From positions 1 through 33,516 of the forward strand of contig CAYHGC010000001.1 of assembly GCA_964356075.1 (NCBI GenBank): a stretch of DNA of 33,516 nt, written 5' to 3'. This DNA is from an uncultured archaeon. GTDB taxonomy: Archaea > Iainarchaeota > Iainarchaeia > Iainarchaeales > VGJJ01. Below the pieces are notes generated by a model that did not search any database, was not told the DNA's origin, and was given only the letters and a program-made list of their open reading frames with translations. Position numbers and translations under genes: made by a program. This document shows positions 1 through 7,784 of the stretch, one piece after another; the stretch's first letter is position 1; each line of letters opens with the position of its first letter.

Positions 1-409
1 CGCCCAAGTAGAAGTGTCGACCCACATAGAATTGGACCGGCGTTGCAAGCGCAAACAATATCCATTCCCGATAGGGGATTTCCATGAAAAACATCCCAAT
101 CAACAATGCGGGAAAACTGAGCACGGCTCCCAAAATGAGTTGGTTTTTCAATTCCTCAATCTCATGCAATCGAATCTGGGACTCGCGTTCGGGTGATACA
201 TTCAAACTAGCAGAATATCCCCGCTTTTTAACTGCTTCAATTAGGTTTTCTTCTTTCGCCACTTTCTCATCGAACTCGACGCGTGCTTTTTGGGTCCCAT
301 AATTCACATTCGCTACTGAAACACCCGGAACTTTTTCCAAGGAACGCGAGATCAGCACGGCACAACTCGCGCAATGCATGCCATCAATCGCCAATTCCAC
401 TTTCTTCAT
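1..409 (-). CDS. copA: Copper-translocating P1B-type ATPase, N-terminal fragment (gene continues beyond the window edge)
   Basis: Absent from the ORF track because there is no stop inside the window. The reverse-strand ATG at 409 reads MKKVELAIDGMHCASCAVLISRSLEKVPGVSVANVNYGTQKARVEF.... This is a GMHCxxC heavy-metal-associated domain followed by the first TM region (...LFALATPVQFYVGRHFYLG) typical of CopA. ATGA start/stop overlap with the upstream ORF at 406-409. Confidence 0.8.
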   Translation of the reverse strand, partial: MKKVELAIDGMHCASCAVLISRSLEKVPGVSVANVNYGTQKARVEFDEKVAKEENLIEAVKKRGYSASLNVSPERESQIRLHEIEELKNQLILGAVLSFPALLIGMFFMEIPYREWILFALATPVQFYVGRHFYLG

Positions 410-1332
410 ACCAGTGCTCCAAATGCAATGGCCGACTTGGGTCCGAAAAAGATCAGAGTAACAATTACTGTCAACGCCAAAACACTAACGAGCGCCAATG
501 GAAACAGCGCCAGTTCCTTTCGTTCATCATGAATAGGGCCAATTTCCTTAATCATGAAATAACTCATTCCTCCCAAAATAATGGTACAGACCGCGAAGAG
601 AATGTAGAGGAAAAGAATCAAGTTATCGGTTACCATCATCACCGAGAGCATGGCTCCCATGGTTCCGGCCATCAATCCCGCCATAAGACCTTCTAAAATA
701 CCCATGATTCCCGTTTTTCGAACCGCATAGGCACTTGCACCCATTCCAACTGCCATTCCCGTAAGGGAACCCACAAACATTCCGTTCGTTGCACCGATTA
801 ATGCCCCACTCATGAAGCCGGAGATCATGCCAATAATCATTCCCGTCATCATGCCGTTGGTGCAGGTGAAATGGTGGCATAATTGTCGTACATGCAACAA
901 TGCCCCCACATTAATCGCAATTCCTACTGGAATTAACGCTAAAATGGGCCATAATTGAATGAACAGCGCGTTTTGAAGGAACCCGAAAAAATACATGGCA
1001 CCCAGTATGACAAACAAAACCCCAAATAGAATAATCGTGCGAGTAAGTAATTCGTGCTCGGCTTGAAAGCCCGGATGATTTTGAATTATTTTTTGGATAG
1101 TATATGAAAAATGAGGACGTGTACTTTCTTCCTCGTTCAAATAGTTGTATTCGCGCAGTTTGTCCTTAATCGAACCCAAATCATTTTCCTGGCATGTAAT
1201 CGTGAGGGTTTGCGCGTCGGGAGAAACGGAAACAAACGTGGCTTGATTAAATCGTTTCAAAAGACGACCAATGACTTTCGCACATGCATCACAGGAGACA
1301 TTCCGAATGGGTAATTGCACCGTTTGAGTCAT
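406..1332 (-). CDS. HMA-domain protein fused to a polytopic Met/Gly-rich membrane domain (putative metal permease or membrane metallochaperone)
   Basis: The N-terminus (IRNVSCDACAKVIGRLL...) is an HMA-like fold with CxxC. It is followed by about 6 predicted TM helices rich in Met and Gly (MMTGMIIGMISGFMSGALIG..., LMAGLMAGTMGAMLSVMM) and a CHHFTC motif. Translationally coupled to copA. Confidence 0.7.
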   Translation of the reverse strand: MTQTVQLPIRNVSCDACAKVIGRLLKRFNQATFVSVSPDAQTLTITCQENDLGSIKDKLREYNYLNEEESTRPHFSYTIQKIIQNHPGFQAEHELLTRTIILFGVLFVILGAMYFFGFLQNALFIQLWPILALIPVGIAINVGALLHVRQLCHHFTCTNGMMTGMIIGMISGFMSGALIGATNGMFVGSLTGMAVGMGASAYAVRKTGIMGILEGLMAGLMAGTMGAMLSVMMVTDNLILFLYILFAVCTIILGGMSYFMIKEIGPIHDERKELALFPLALVSVLALTVIVTLIFFGPKSAIAFGALV

Positions 1333-1360
1333 CGTTTTCTTTGCTCCATTTAACTAAAAT

Positions 1361-1558
1361 TTAAGACAGCGAATATCCTTCTTTCTCCACGGCTTTCCTG
1401 ATGGCAATCAGTTCATTTTCACTTTTCATATCGACTATGATTTCTCCTTTCCGATGATCGGCTGATATTACTTTTGTTCCATTTTCTTCAATAGCCTCTT
1501 TCAAGAGTATTTCACAACTATTGCAATGCATTCCATTTATTTTGAGCGTTTTTTTCAT
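1361..1558 (-). CDS. copZ: Copper chaperone, single HMA domain
   Basis: An internal ATG at 1558 gives MKKTLKINGMHCNSCEILLKEAIEENG..., about 65 aa with the MxCxxC motif. This start forms an ATGA overlap with the stop of the upstream ORF (1555-1558). The longer tracked ORF (to 1600) would overlap that gene. Confidence 0.8.
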   Translation of the reverse strand: MKKTLKINGMHCNSCEILLKEAIEENGTKVISADHRKGEIIVDMKSENELIAIRKAVEKEGYSLS

Positions 1559-1980
1559 TGAACCACCTCGATTACTCCACGAAACATATTCATGGGACAC
1601 CGATAGGAGAATTTTCCTACTTTCGTTGGAGTAAATTCAATGAGAGCTTCCCCCTGAGAAGGAGCCAATTTTCGCACTTTGAATTCATCGAAAATAACTT
1701 CTCGTCCACATCCTGCATACTCATCGGCGGAATAATGGATGCGAACGGGAACACCTACCTTTACTATCATGTGCGTTGGATCATAGACTCCATATTCTGT
1801 GGATTTGAGAAATAAGTCCTGTTTTCCATTTACTATAGGAGGTAATTTTAGGGACGTTTCATTCGTATTAATGGAAGAATCGACTATTTTTCCCGTTGGA
1901 TTGGCCGCCGCCCCCACGAAGAAGAACATTCCGACTACGATCATTGCAACCAAAATACTGACGATGACAAGCTGATTCAT
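1555..1980 (-). CDS. Membrane-anchored cupredoxin-like domain protein
   Basis: N-terminal TM anchor, then a beta-rich domain ending ...HYSADEYAGCGREVIFDEF...FSYRCPMNMFRGVIEVV. Cys, His and Met ligand candidates are arranged as in cupredoxin_1/EfeO-type domains common in cop operons. First gene of the minus-strand cop operon, with GGGTGA RBS-like upstream sequence. Confidence 0.6.
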   Translation of the reverse strand: MNQLVIVSILVAMIVVGMFFFVGAAANPTGKIVDSSINTNETSLKLPPIVNGKQDLFLKSTEYGVYDPTHMIVKVGVPVRIHYSADEYAGCGREVIFDEFKVRKLAPSQGEALIEFTPTKVGKFSYRCPMNMFRGVIEVVQ

Positions 1981-2004
1981 TCGTTCACCCTGTTATTTCA
2001 AGGA

Positions 2005-2057
2005 TTGAAACAATATATATAAAGTGATGAAACATTGTTTCAGAATCATGAAACAAT
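2005..2057. promoter_or_regulatory. Bidirectional AT-rich TATA region plus TGAAACA repeats and a 7-1-7 palindrome (candidate operator)
   Basis: ATATATATAAAG lies at about 2013-2024 between divergent genes. TGAAACA(A/T)T occurs at 2006-2014, 2028-2036 and 2049-2057. TGAAACATTGTTTCA at 2028-2042 is a perfect palindrome. Confidence 0.4.
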
Positions 2058-2551
2058 GGGGCTTATCCGAGTTTTCGCTCCAAAAGAAACTGAGTATATG
2101 GTTTGCTTCGGTGGTCTTATTTTTGGGCTTTTTGGCCATCACCACCATTTCCTATTTTTCCCCAACTACCGAAGGAATTATTGGAATCTTTGTTCAATTT
2201 CATTTTGAGGCCATGGTTTTGATTGGATTAATAGGGGTTGGAATCGGAGGATTGAGTTTCTACCTTCTTTCACAGGAAATTAGAGAGAAAAACCAAACCG
2301 TGCGAAACCAATCCCAACTCCTTCTTTCGTTTCTGAATCCGCAGGAAAAAGAATGCGTGTTGTATTTAGCCAAAAACAATGGAGAAACCTACCAATCGGA
2401 TTTATCCAAATTGCCCGGAATGACGCGACTCAAAGCCCATCGGATGGTTCAAAAGCTTTCGGATCGAAAAATTATTCAACTATCCAATCACGGAAAAGCC
2501 AATAAGATCGTGTTATCCGATGAGTGGAAAAATGGGCTAATTGAACAATGA
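2048..2551 (+). CDS. Membrane-anchored winged-helix (MarR/ArsR-like) transcriptional regulator
   Basis: Two or three N-terminal TM helices, then ...ECVLYLAKNNGETYQSDLSKLPGMTRLKAHRMVQKLSDRKIIQL..., a wHTH signature. ATG 2048 is preferred over tracked GTG 2024 because it lies about 30 nt downstream of the TATA box and just after the palindrome. Confidence 0.6.
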   Translation: MKQWGLSEFSLQKKLSIWFASVVLFLGFLAITTISYFSPTTEGIIGIFVQFHFEAMVLIGLIGVGIGGLSFYLLSQEIREKNQTVRNQSQLLLSFLNPQEKECVLYLAKNNGETYQSDLSKLPGMTRLKAHRMVQKLSDRKIIQLSNHGKANKIVLSDEWKNGLIEQ

Positions 2552-2663
2552 AGAGCTATTTCTTTTTTTTCTAGTGAAAAGTTCCTTTGATAAATAGAGG
2601 GCAGTCCTTCAAACCACTATTTTATTAATTCTAGGATTTTAATCAGAATAAGGAGGCGAAAGT

Positions 2664-2921
2664 ATGGATCACTTGAATATACGTGCGGCAACCATTGGAG
2701 GAGCTCTCGCAGCGGGAGGGTCTCATTTCATTTTTGGGATTATCGGAATGATCACCGGAACCACAATGAGTATGTATCGCTTGATGATGGGCGGCGCGAT
2801 GATGAGTGGTGGAGATTTCGGTCTCAGCTGGATCATCATGAGTACGATCGTCTGGGCCATTATTGGCGGAGTCATTGGGTATTTGGTCGCATTCGGATAT
2901 AATTGGGCAATGAAAAAATAA
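2664..2921 (+). CDS. Small Gly/Met-rich membrane protein, unknown function
   Basis: AAGGAGG RBS at 2650-2656, 7 nt before the ATG. About 3 TM helices (GIIGMITGTTMSMYRLMMGGAMMSGG...). Followed by a hairpin+T-run. Confidence 0.55.
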   Translation: MDHLNIRAATIGGALAAGGSHFIFGIIGMITGTTMSMYRLMMGGAMMSGGDFGLSWIIMSTIVWAIIGGVIGYLVAFGYNWAMKK

Positions 2922-2946
2922 GAAATTGCCCATTTCCTTTTTTTTA
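2904..2946 (+). terminator. Hairpin plus T-run
   Basis: An 8-bp stem TGGGCAAT (2904-2911) / ATTGCCCA (2925-2932) whose loop contains the stop codon, followed by TTTCCTTTTTTTT. Confidence 0.4.
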
Positions 2947-3145
2947 TTTACTGAAGTCATCAGCCAATCGATTAACTCTATTTGATCCCACTATTTTTGG
3001 ATGATTTTATTTCCGGATGCATGGGGCAGGCATATGATTCACGCATAACTATTCACCAGATAGGAGATGCTTAAGAACATTCATTTTGGAGAAAGGGAAG
3101 GCAGCAGGCGGACGATAGGATTCATTTATTCAAAATAGTTCGTAT

Positions 3146-3484
3146 CTATTTTACAAACAGCACACATTCGCCGCAAGAGTTTCCTGCACAAGTTACAGGC
3201 GCTTGATGGTAGCGGGTGTGGAACTCCTTGATGTGTTGAATGAGCTCACTCAATTCTTTTCCTTTTGATGTAAGATAGTAGGTTTCCTCTTTCTTTTCAA
3301 TGAGCACCCCTTCTTCCATTTCTTTGAGACGTTGCGATAGTTGTTTGGGCGTAATTTTTATTTTTCGTGTGAGATGATTGAATCCCTCATATTTACCAAA
3401 ATAAAATTCTTCCAGAATGGGAACAAAATCCTTTTTTCCCAGCAAGTGAAAAGTATGCAAAGGAGCACATTCAGTAGGAGGCAT
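3146..3484 (-). CDS. HxlR-like winged-helix regulator with C-terminal Cys cluster
   Basis: ...LLGKKDFVPILEEFYFGKYEGFNHLTRKIKITPKQLSQRLKEMEEGVLIEK... resembles the HxlR/MarR wHTH family. The C-terminus carries CAGNSCGEC. Divergent from the cupredoxin operon. Confidence 0.6.
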   Translation of the reverse strand: MPPTECAPLHTFHLLGKKDFVPILEEFYFGKYEGFNHLTRKIKITPKQLSQRLKEMEEGVLIEKKEETYYLTSKGKELSELIQHIKEFHTRYHQAPVTCAGNSCGECVLFVK

Positions 3485-3558
3485 AGTATCTTTTTGGGTA
3501 CTTTTCCTTTTTTAACTCCATTATTCATACCCTTGCATACGAAGAAGGTGTGGGATAT

Positions 3559-5007
3559 ATGACAAAAAAGAATGAACGCACAGATTGGAAAATTCTTTTA
3601 GGCGTCGGAGTCCTTCTCCTTATCGTGGGAATGGGATCCTATTTTCTCTTTCTTTCAAACCCAAGCAAAATCATTGAGATTCGGGACGATGCCCCCTGGT
3701 ATTTTCCAGCCGTGTTGGAAATCGAACCCGGAACAACCGTAAAATGGACCACGAACCTTCCAGCAGTACATCCGGTTATGGCATTGGAAGGGCCGGAAGA
3801 GATTCATTCCGGACACTTCACGAAGGAATTTGTCCATACTTTTTCCAAGCCGGGCATTTACGTATACATTTGCCCCATCCATCCTTACATGAAAGGAGTC
3901 ATTGGAGTGGGAATGAAAATTCCTCCTGAAAAAATTCCCATTTGGAATAATTGGCCACTCGAAGCCAAAAGTCCACCCGGAGAATTACCCCTTATTTCCG
4001 GTGAAGGAAAAATCTGGATGGACGCCCAATTTGAAAAGGTTCCTGGGAACAAAGAACCGGGCGCCATTTACGTGATCAATGCCGAAACATGGGAAATTGA
4101 AAAAATTATCACCGATTCGCGATTAAACAATCCTCATAATATCATTCCATTCGGAGACAAAATGCTTCAAACCAATTGGTTTGACCAATATTTGAGCGTG
4201 ATTGATCAAGCAACCGGAAAAATAGTCAATCACGTTCTGGTGGGAGAGAGCCCTGCGCACGTGATGCCGGGAATGAATGGCGAAAAAATCTATGTGACAT
4301 TACAAGGGGATGACGGGATTGCTATTTTGGATAAGCAGTTCAATCTCCTCGAAAAGGTTCGCGCGCCCAAAGGGCCTCACGGTCACATGATGAGTGGGGA
4401 TGGGAAACGCATGGCCGTTGCATCAACCGAAAAAGCGGAAATCAGCGTCTGGGATCTGGAAACAAATAAAATTATTTTTAGCGCCCCGCTATATGTTGAT
4501 GATTCTCACACCGTCATGGATGAAGAAGGAAAAGAACACACTCATACACTGCCTCTCATGGCCGGAATGACACTGGATGGAAAATTCGCATATGCAGCCA
4601 CGAGTAATGAGGGAATATTCTACGTGTTTGACGTGGACAACAAAACGCTTGTAAAATCATTCGAAATCGGAAAAGGACCTATTCAAGTCGGATTAAGTCC
4701 GGATGGAAAATACGTGGTGGTTCCACTAACCTATGATGCCGCCGCTGCCATTATTTCGACTGAAACATGGGAGATAGTACAAAAAGTTCCTAATGTCGGA
4801 TTGGGAGCACACGGGGTTGCATTTGGACCCCAAAAAGGAGGAGGATATTACGCCTATATCACCAATAAGTTCACGACCTGGGTCACGGTTATAAACATGG
4901 AAAATTTTCAAGTTGCAGGATACATCCCCCTCCCTCCTACTGCGTGGGGTGGACAAGGAATCGCGGTTGTACATGAAGGAGTGATGATGAATGACCAAAA
5001 CCAATAA
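3559..5007 (+). CDS. Membrane-anchored type-1 cupredoxin domain fused to a YVTN-type beta-propeller
   Basis: TM anchor, then a cupredoxin domain with HPVM... and YVYICPIHPYMKGVIGV (Cys-x2-His-x2-Met, a blue-copper ligand pattern). About 7 repeats of the 40-residue YVTN propeller type follow (IYVINAET, IYVTLQGDDGIAILD, ISVWD, FYVFD, YVVVPL, YAYITNK...VTVIN). ATG 3559 is preferred over tracked GTG 3550. Confidence 0.75.
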   Translation: MTKKNERTDWKILLGVGVLLLIVGMGSYFLFLSNPSKIIEIRDDAPWYFPAVLEIEPGTTVKWTTNLPAVHPVMALEGPEEIHSGHFTKEFVHTFSKPGIYVYICPIHPYMKGVIGVGMKIPPEKIPIWNNWPLEAKSPPGELPLISGEGKIWMDAQFEKVPGNKEPGAIYVINAETWEIEKIITDSRLNNPHNIIPFGDKMLQTNWFDQYLSVIDQATGKIVNHVLVGESPAHVMPGMNGEKIYVTLQGDDGIAILDKQFNLLEKVRAPKGPHGHMMSGDGKRMAVASTEKAEISVWDLETNKIIFSAPLYVDDSHTVMDEEGKEHTHTLPLMAGMTLDGKFAYAATSNEGIFYVFDVDNKTLVKSFEIGKGPIQVGLSPDGKYVVVPLTYDAAAAIISTETWEIVQKVPNVGLGAHGVAFGPQKGGGYYAYITNKFTTWVTVINMENFQVAGYIPLPPTAWGGQGIAVVHEGVMMNDQNQ

Positions 5008-5596
5008 CGGAGGTTCCTCGGCCACCAAATGGATCATCCCGATCCTCATCCTTCTTGGAATTGGAATCATCGGATATTCCTTGTTTGTCACATTCAACTC
5101 CGGGGCTTCCACCGAAGGAATCGTCACATGTCCTACCCCCGATACATGTTTTTGGAGCTCGCACTTTCATATTTATGCGCCTATTGAAATATGTGGAGAA
5201 GAATTCCCGTTACCGGTTGAACTCGGTTCCCTCCAAAAATCCCACACGCACGAAGAGAAAAACATTATTCACTGGCACGACAAACTTCCGTATGACAATG
5301 TCGCCAAAAAAATAATTGATACCACCGACCTTACACTCGGATCGTTTTATGATCAGGTTAACATTCCCTTCTCCTCTACTCAACTCGATGGAAAAACGAA
5401 CGGGGACACGTGTTCGGATGGGACGGTTGGTACGTGGAAAATGCTCGTAAATGGAAAACCCAATACGGAGTATCGTAAATATGAAATGCACGATCGGGAT
5501 GTCATATGGACGGTGTTTGATTCCCGCACGATGGATGAAGTGACGCAAGCATGGAGCCAAACGCCCATTCGTTTTCCCACTCTAGGAAACGGGTGA
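4991..5596 (+). CDS. Membrane-anchored His/Cys-rich extracytoplasmic protein (putative metal-binding)
   Basis: TM anchor, then CPTPDTCFWSSHFHIYAPIEICGEEF...KSHTHEEKNIIHWHD. Overlaps the upstream gene by 17 nt, consistent with an operon. Confidence 0.55.
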   Translation: MTKTNNGGSSATKWIIPILILLGIGIIGYSLFVTFNSGASTEGIVTCPTPDTCFWSSHFHIYAPIEICGEEFPLPVELGSLQKSHTHEEKNIIHWHDKLPYDNVAKKIIDTTDLTLGSFYDQVNIPFSSTQLDGKTNGDTCSDGTVGTWKMLVNGKPNTEYRKYEMHDRDVIWTVFDSRTMDEVTQAWSQTPIRFPTLGNG

Positions 5597-5606
5597 ACCC
5601 ATTCCC

Positions 5607-6467
5607 ATGAAAAAAACCATCCTGCTTGGAATGTTCATTATCCTATTACCTGCTGTTTTCGCGCAACAGGATTATTCTAATTTTACTCCCCCCGAATTAT
5701 CTATCCCTATCATCATTGGGTTGGGACTCATTGATTCCATTAACCCTTGTGTCATTGGCGTGCTGATTTTGCTCCTCACCATGCTTCTCAAATCGGGAAA
5801 CAAAAAAGCCATTTTGATTAACGGACTAACCTATACGTTGGGTGTCTACCTTACGTATTTGATTGGGGGATTAACGCTCTTGAGCTTGTTTAACTCCGTG
5901 CGCGACATTGTGGTGATTTCCCAATTGTTCTATTTTGTGATTGGAGCATTTGTCATGATTGCAGGATTCCTTGAAGTCAAGGATTATTTTTGGTACGGAC
6001 GATGGTTTTCGTTGGCGATTCCTCAACAACTCGTTAAACTGGTTGAAAAACAAGCCAAGGGTGCCCATGTCAGTCTTGCTGCGACATTCATGGCCGGAGC
6101 CATTCTCACTCTTGTTGAACTCCCCTGCACCGGTGCCCCCTATTTGGCCGTTCTCACCCTCATGTCGCAATCGGGGTATGGGTATGTGACGGGATTGCCA
6201 TTGCTACTACTCTACAACCTTGTCTTTGTCCTTCCCCTCTTGGCATTGATTTACCTCGCTTACACTGGAATGGGCCTCAAAATGATGGAATCCTGGAGAA
6301 AAGAACACCGTGGAGTCATGCGCCTAGGAATAGGAATCGCACTCCTGTTGATTGGGATATGGATCCTCTCCACCGTTGCGGGGAATCTATTGATTTCGTT
6401 GATGGTGGGAACGATAATCGTTATTCTCCTTATGGCTTTTCTTCAAAAAACGGGAATGGTGAAATAA
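5607..6467 (+). CDS. CcdA/DsbD-family transmembrane thiol:disulfide electron transporter
   Basis: Polytopic membrane protein with the two signature TM cysteines (DSINPCVIGVLILLL and VELPCTGAPYLAVL). Confidence 0.7.
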   Translation: MKKTILLGMFIILLPAVFAQQDYSNFTPPELSIPIIIGLGLIDSINPCVIGVLILLLTMLLKSGNKKAILINGLTYTLGVYLTYLIGGLTLLSLFNSVRDIVVISQLFYFVIGAFVMIAGFLEVKDYFWYGRWFSLAIPQQLVKLVEKQAKGAHVSLAATFMAGAILTLVELPCTGAPYLAVLTLMSQSGYGYVTGLPLLLLYNLVFVLPLLALIYLAYTGMGLKMMESWRKEHRGVMRLGIGIALLLIGIWILSTVAGNLLISLMVGTIIVILLMAFLQKTGMVK

Positions 6468-6468
6468 C

Positions 6469-7023
6469 ATGACCGTGGAACGCGTGGTAAAACGCAACGG
6501 ATCCGTTGAACGTTTTCAATCCTACAAAATAGTCGAGGGGCTTGAGAAATCATACGCGCATGCGCGCGGACGAAAAAAATTAATTGAAAAAATATGGATG
6601 GAAGAAATTGCCCTTCGTGTTCACCGTGTGCGCCCGAAACAACTTTCATCCGACACGATCCGAAAGATCATTGTGGATGATCTCAACACACGAAAAATGA
6701 ATGACATCGCAGACCATTACGACTTTTCTTTTTTACAAGAATCCCCATCTAAAATAAAAAAAGTATTGAAACGCAGTGGAAAAACCGAACTATTTTCCCC
6801 CAAAAAAATATTCAAATCCATCCGAAAAGCATTCTCTATGACGGGTATTACCAGCGAAAGAGAATGCGAGCGGGTCACGAAGATTATTATTCGACGCTTG
6901 GAAAAAATAGTTGGAAACAAACCGCTTCCTGTGGAAGCCATCCGTGAAGTGACGGAAGAAGCCCTAATGGAAACCGGCCACCATGCTGCGGCGCACCGAT
7001 ACATGCTACATCGTTACATGTAA
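6469..7023 (+). CDS. Stand-alone protein with two ATP-cone domains
   Basis: Two copies of the ATP-cone signature (VVKRNGSVERFQSYKIVEGLEKS and KVLKRSGKTELFSPKKIFKSIRKAF). Starts 1 nt after the CcdA stop. Confidence 0.7.
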   Translation: MTVERVVKRNGSVERFQSYKIVEGLEKSYAHARGRKKLIEKIWMEEIALRVHRVRPKQLSSDTIRKIIVDDLNTRKMNDIADHYDFSFLQESPSKIKKVLKRSGKTELFSPKKIFKSIRKAFSMTGITSERECERVTKIIIRRLEKIVGNKPLPVEAIREVTEEALMETGHHAAAHRYMLHRYM

Positions 7024-7069
7024 AAAAACGGGAAATAAGTAGTATCTTTTTGGAAAGTTCCTTGTTTTT

Positions 7070-7513
7070 ATGGAAGAAAAGTCATGCAACCCGTATATGG
7101 CCATTCCTCGCATGACCAAAATCTTTCTTCTTTCACTTACTGGATTTTTATTTGCAGGATTTTTGACCTATTCCAAACTTACCACGGGAACGTGTCCTCT
7201 CACGGAAGGATGCCCCTACTTGCTGGGATTGCCCGTCTGCGTGTATGGGCTGGTATTATTTGGAATCATTCTGGCCATGAGCATCCTTCATGATACCCAG
7301 CGGAACAACATGAGCCTATCCTGGATCCGCTGGGTTTCCCTTTTTGGAGTAGCGTTTTCAGGATACTATGCCGTGAATGAGCTCCTATTCCCGAGTTGTT
7401 TCATCGGCCCCTGCACGTACACACTACTTCTTCCGAGTTGTGTGTATGGTTTGGCTATGTATGCACTGATCGCATTTTGGGCTTGGAAAAAAGAAATGAA
7501 AATGACTGAATAA
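7070..7513 (+). CDS. Four-TM Cys-rich membrane protein, VKOR/DsbB-like (tentative)
   Basis: Internally duplicated motif: CPLTEGCPYLLGLPVCVYGLVLFG and CFIGPCTYTLLLPSCVYGLAMYA. The Cys-loop plus G(L/I)P..(V)YG resembles the VKOR N-terminal segment. No classical CxxC was seen. Confidence 0.45.
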   Translation: MEEKSCNPYMAIPRMTKIFLLSLTGFLFAGFLTYSKLTTGTCPLTEGCPYLLGLPVCVYGLVLFGIILAMSILHDTQRNNMSLSWIRWVSLFGVAFSGYYAVNELLFPSCFIGPCTYTLLLPSCVYGLAMYALIAFWAWKKEMKMTE

Positions 7514-7784
7514 ATGGGAAGATATGGTGGGATAGAAATTATTTTGGCCAAATGCAGGGATAATCAACGATTTTTTTCGAATGGCTCACGAAATAAGCGT
7601 GTTTTGATTACATCGTCTTTAGAAAGAAACTCAACATGGTAAAATCATAGATGCGTTTCAAGAAATTGGACGATTTGCCCTTGAACCTGATTGGGCAAAC
7701 CATTGCCAAAATACCCGTGAAGAAATGCATCGAAATGTATGAGAAAGGCCGCCAATACGTCAAAAAATAATCGACGCATTCCTA

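Noticed and set aside
623-1314. ORFs 623-880(-), 283-696(+) and 1111-1314(+) overlapping the HMA-membrane gene
   Set aside because: These are alternative frames of a gene with coherent HMA and TM architecture and translational coupling to its neighbours.
7651-7770. 39-aa ORF (MRFKKLDDLPLNLIGQTIAKIPVKKCIEMYEKGRQYVKK) in the spacer downstream of EncFtn
   Set aside because: It has no RBS or TATA at a suitable distance and an equally long antisense ORF. It is far too short for an encapsulin shell. It may be a gene remnant, but that is not supportable from the sequence alone.
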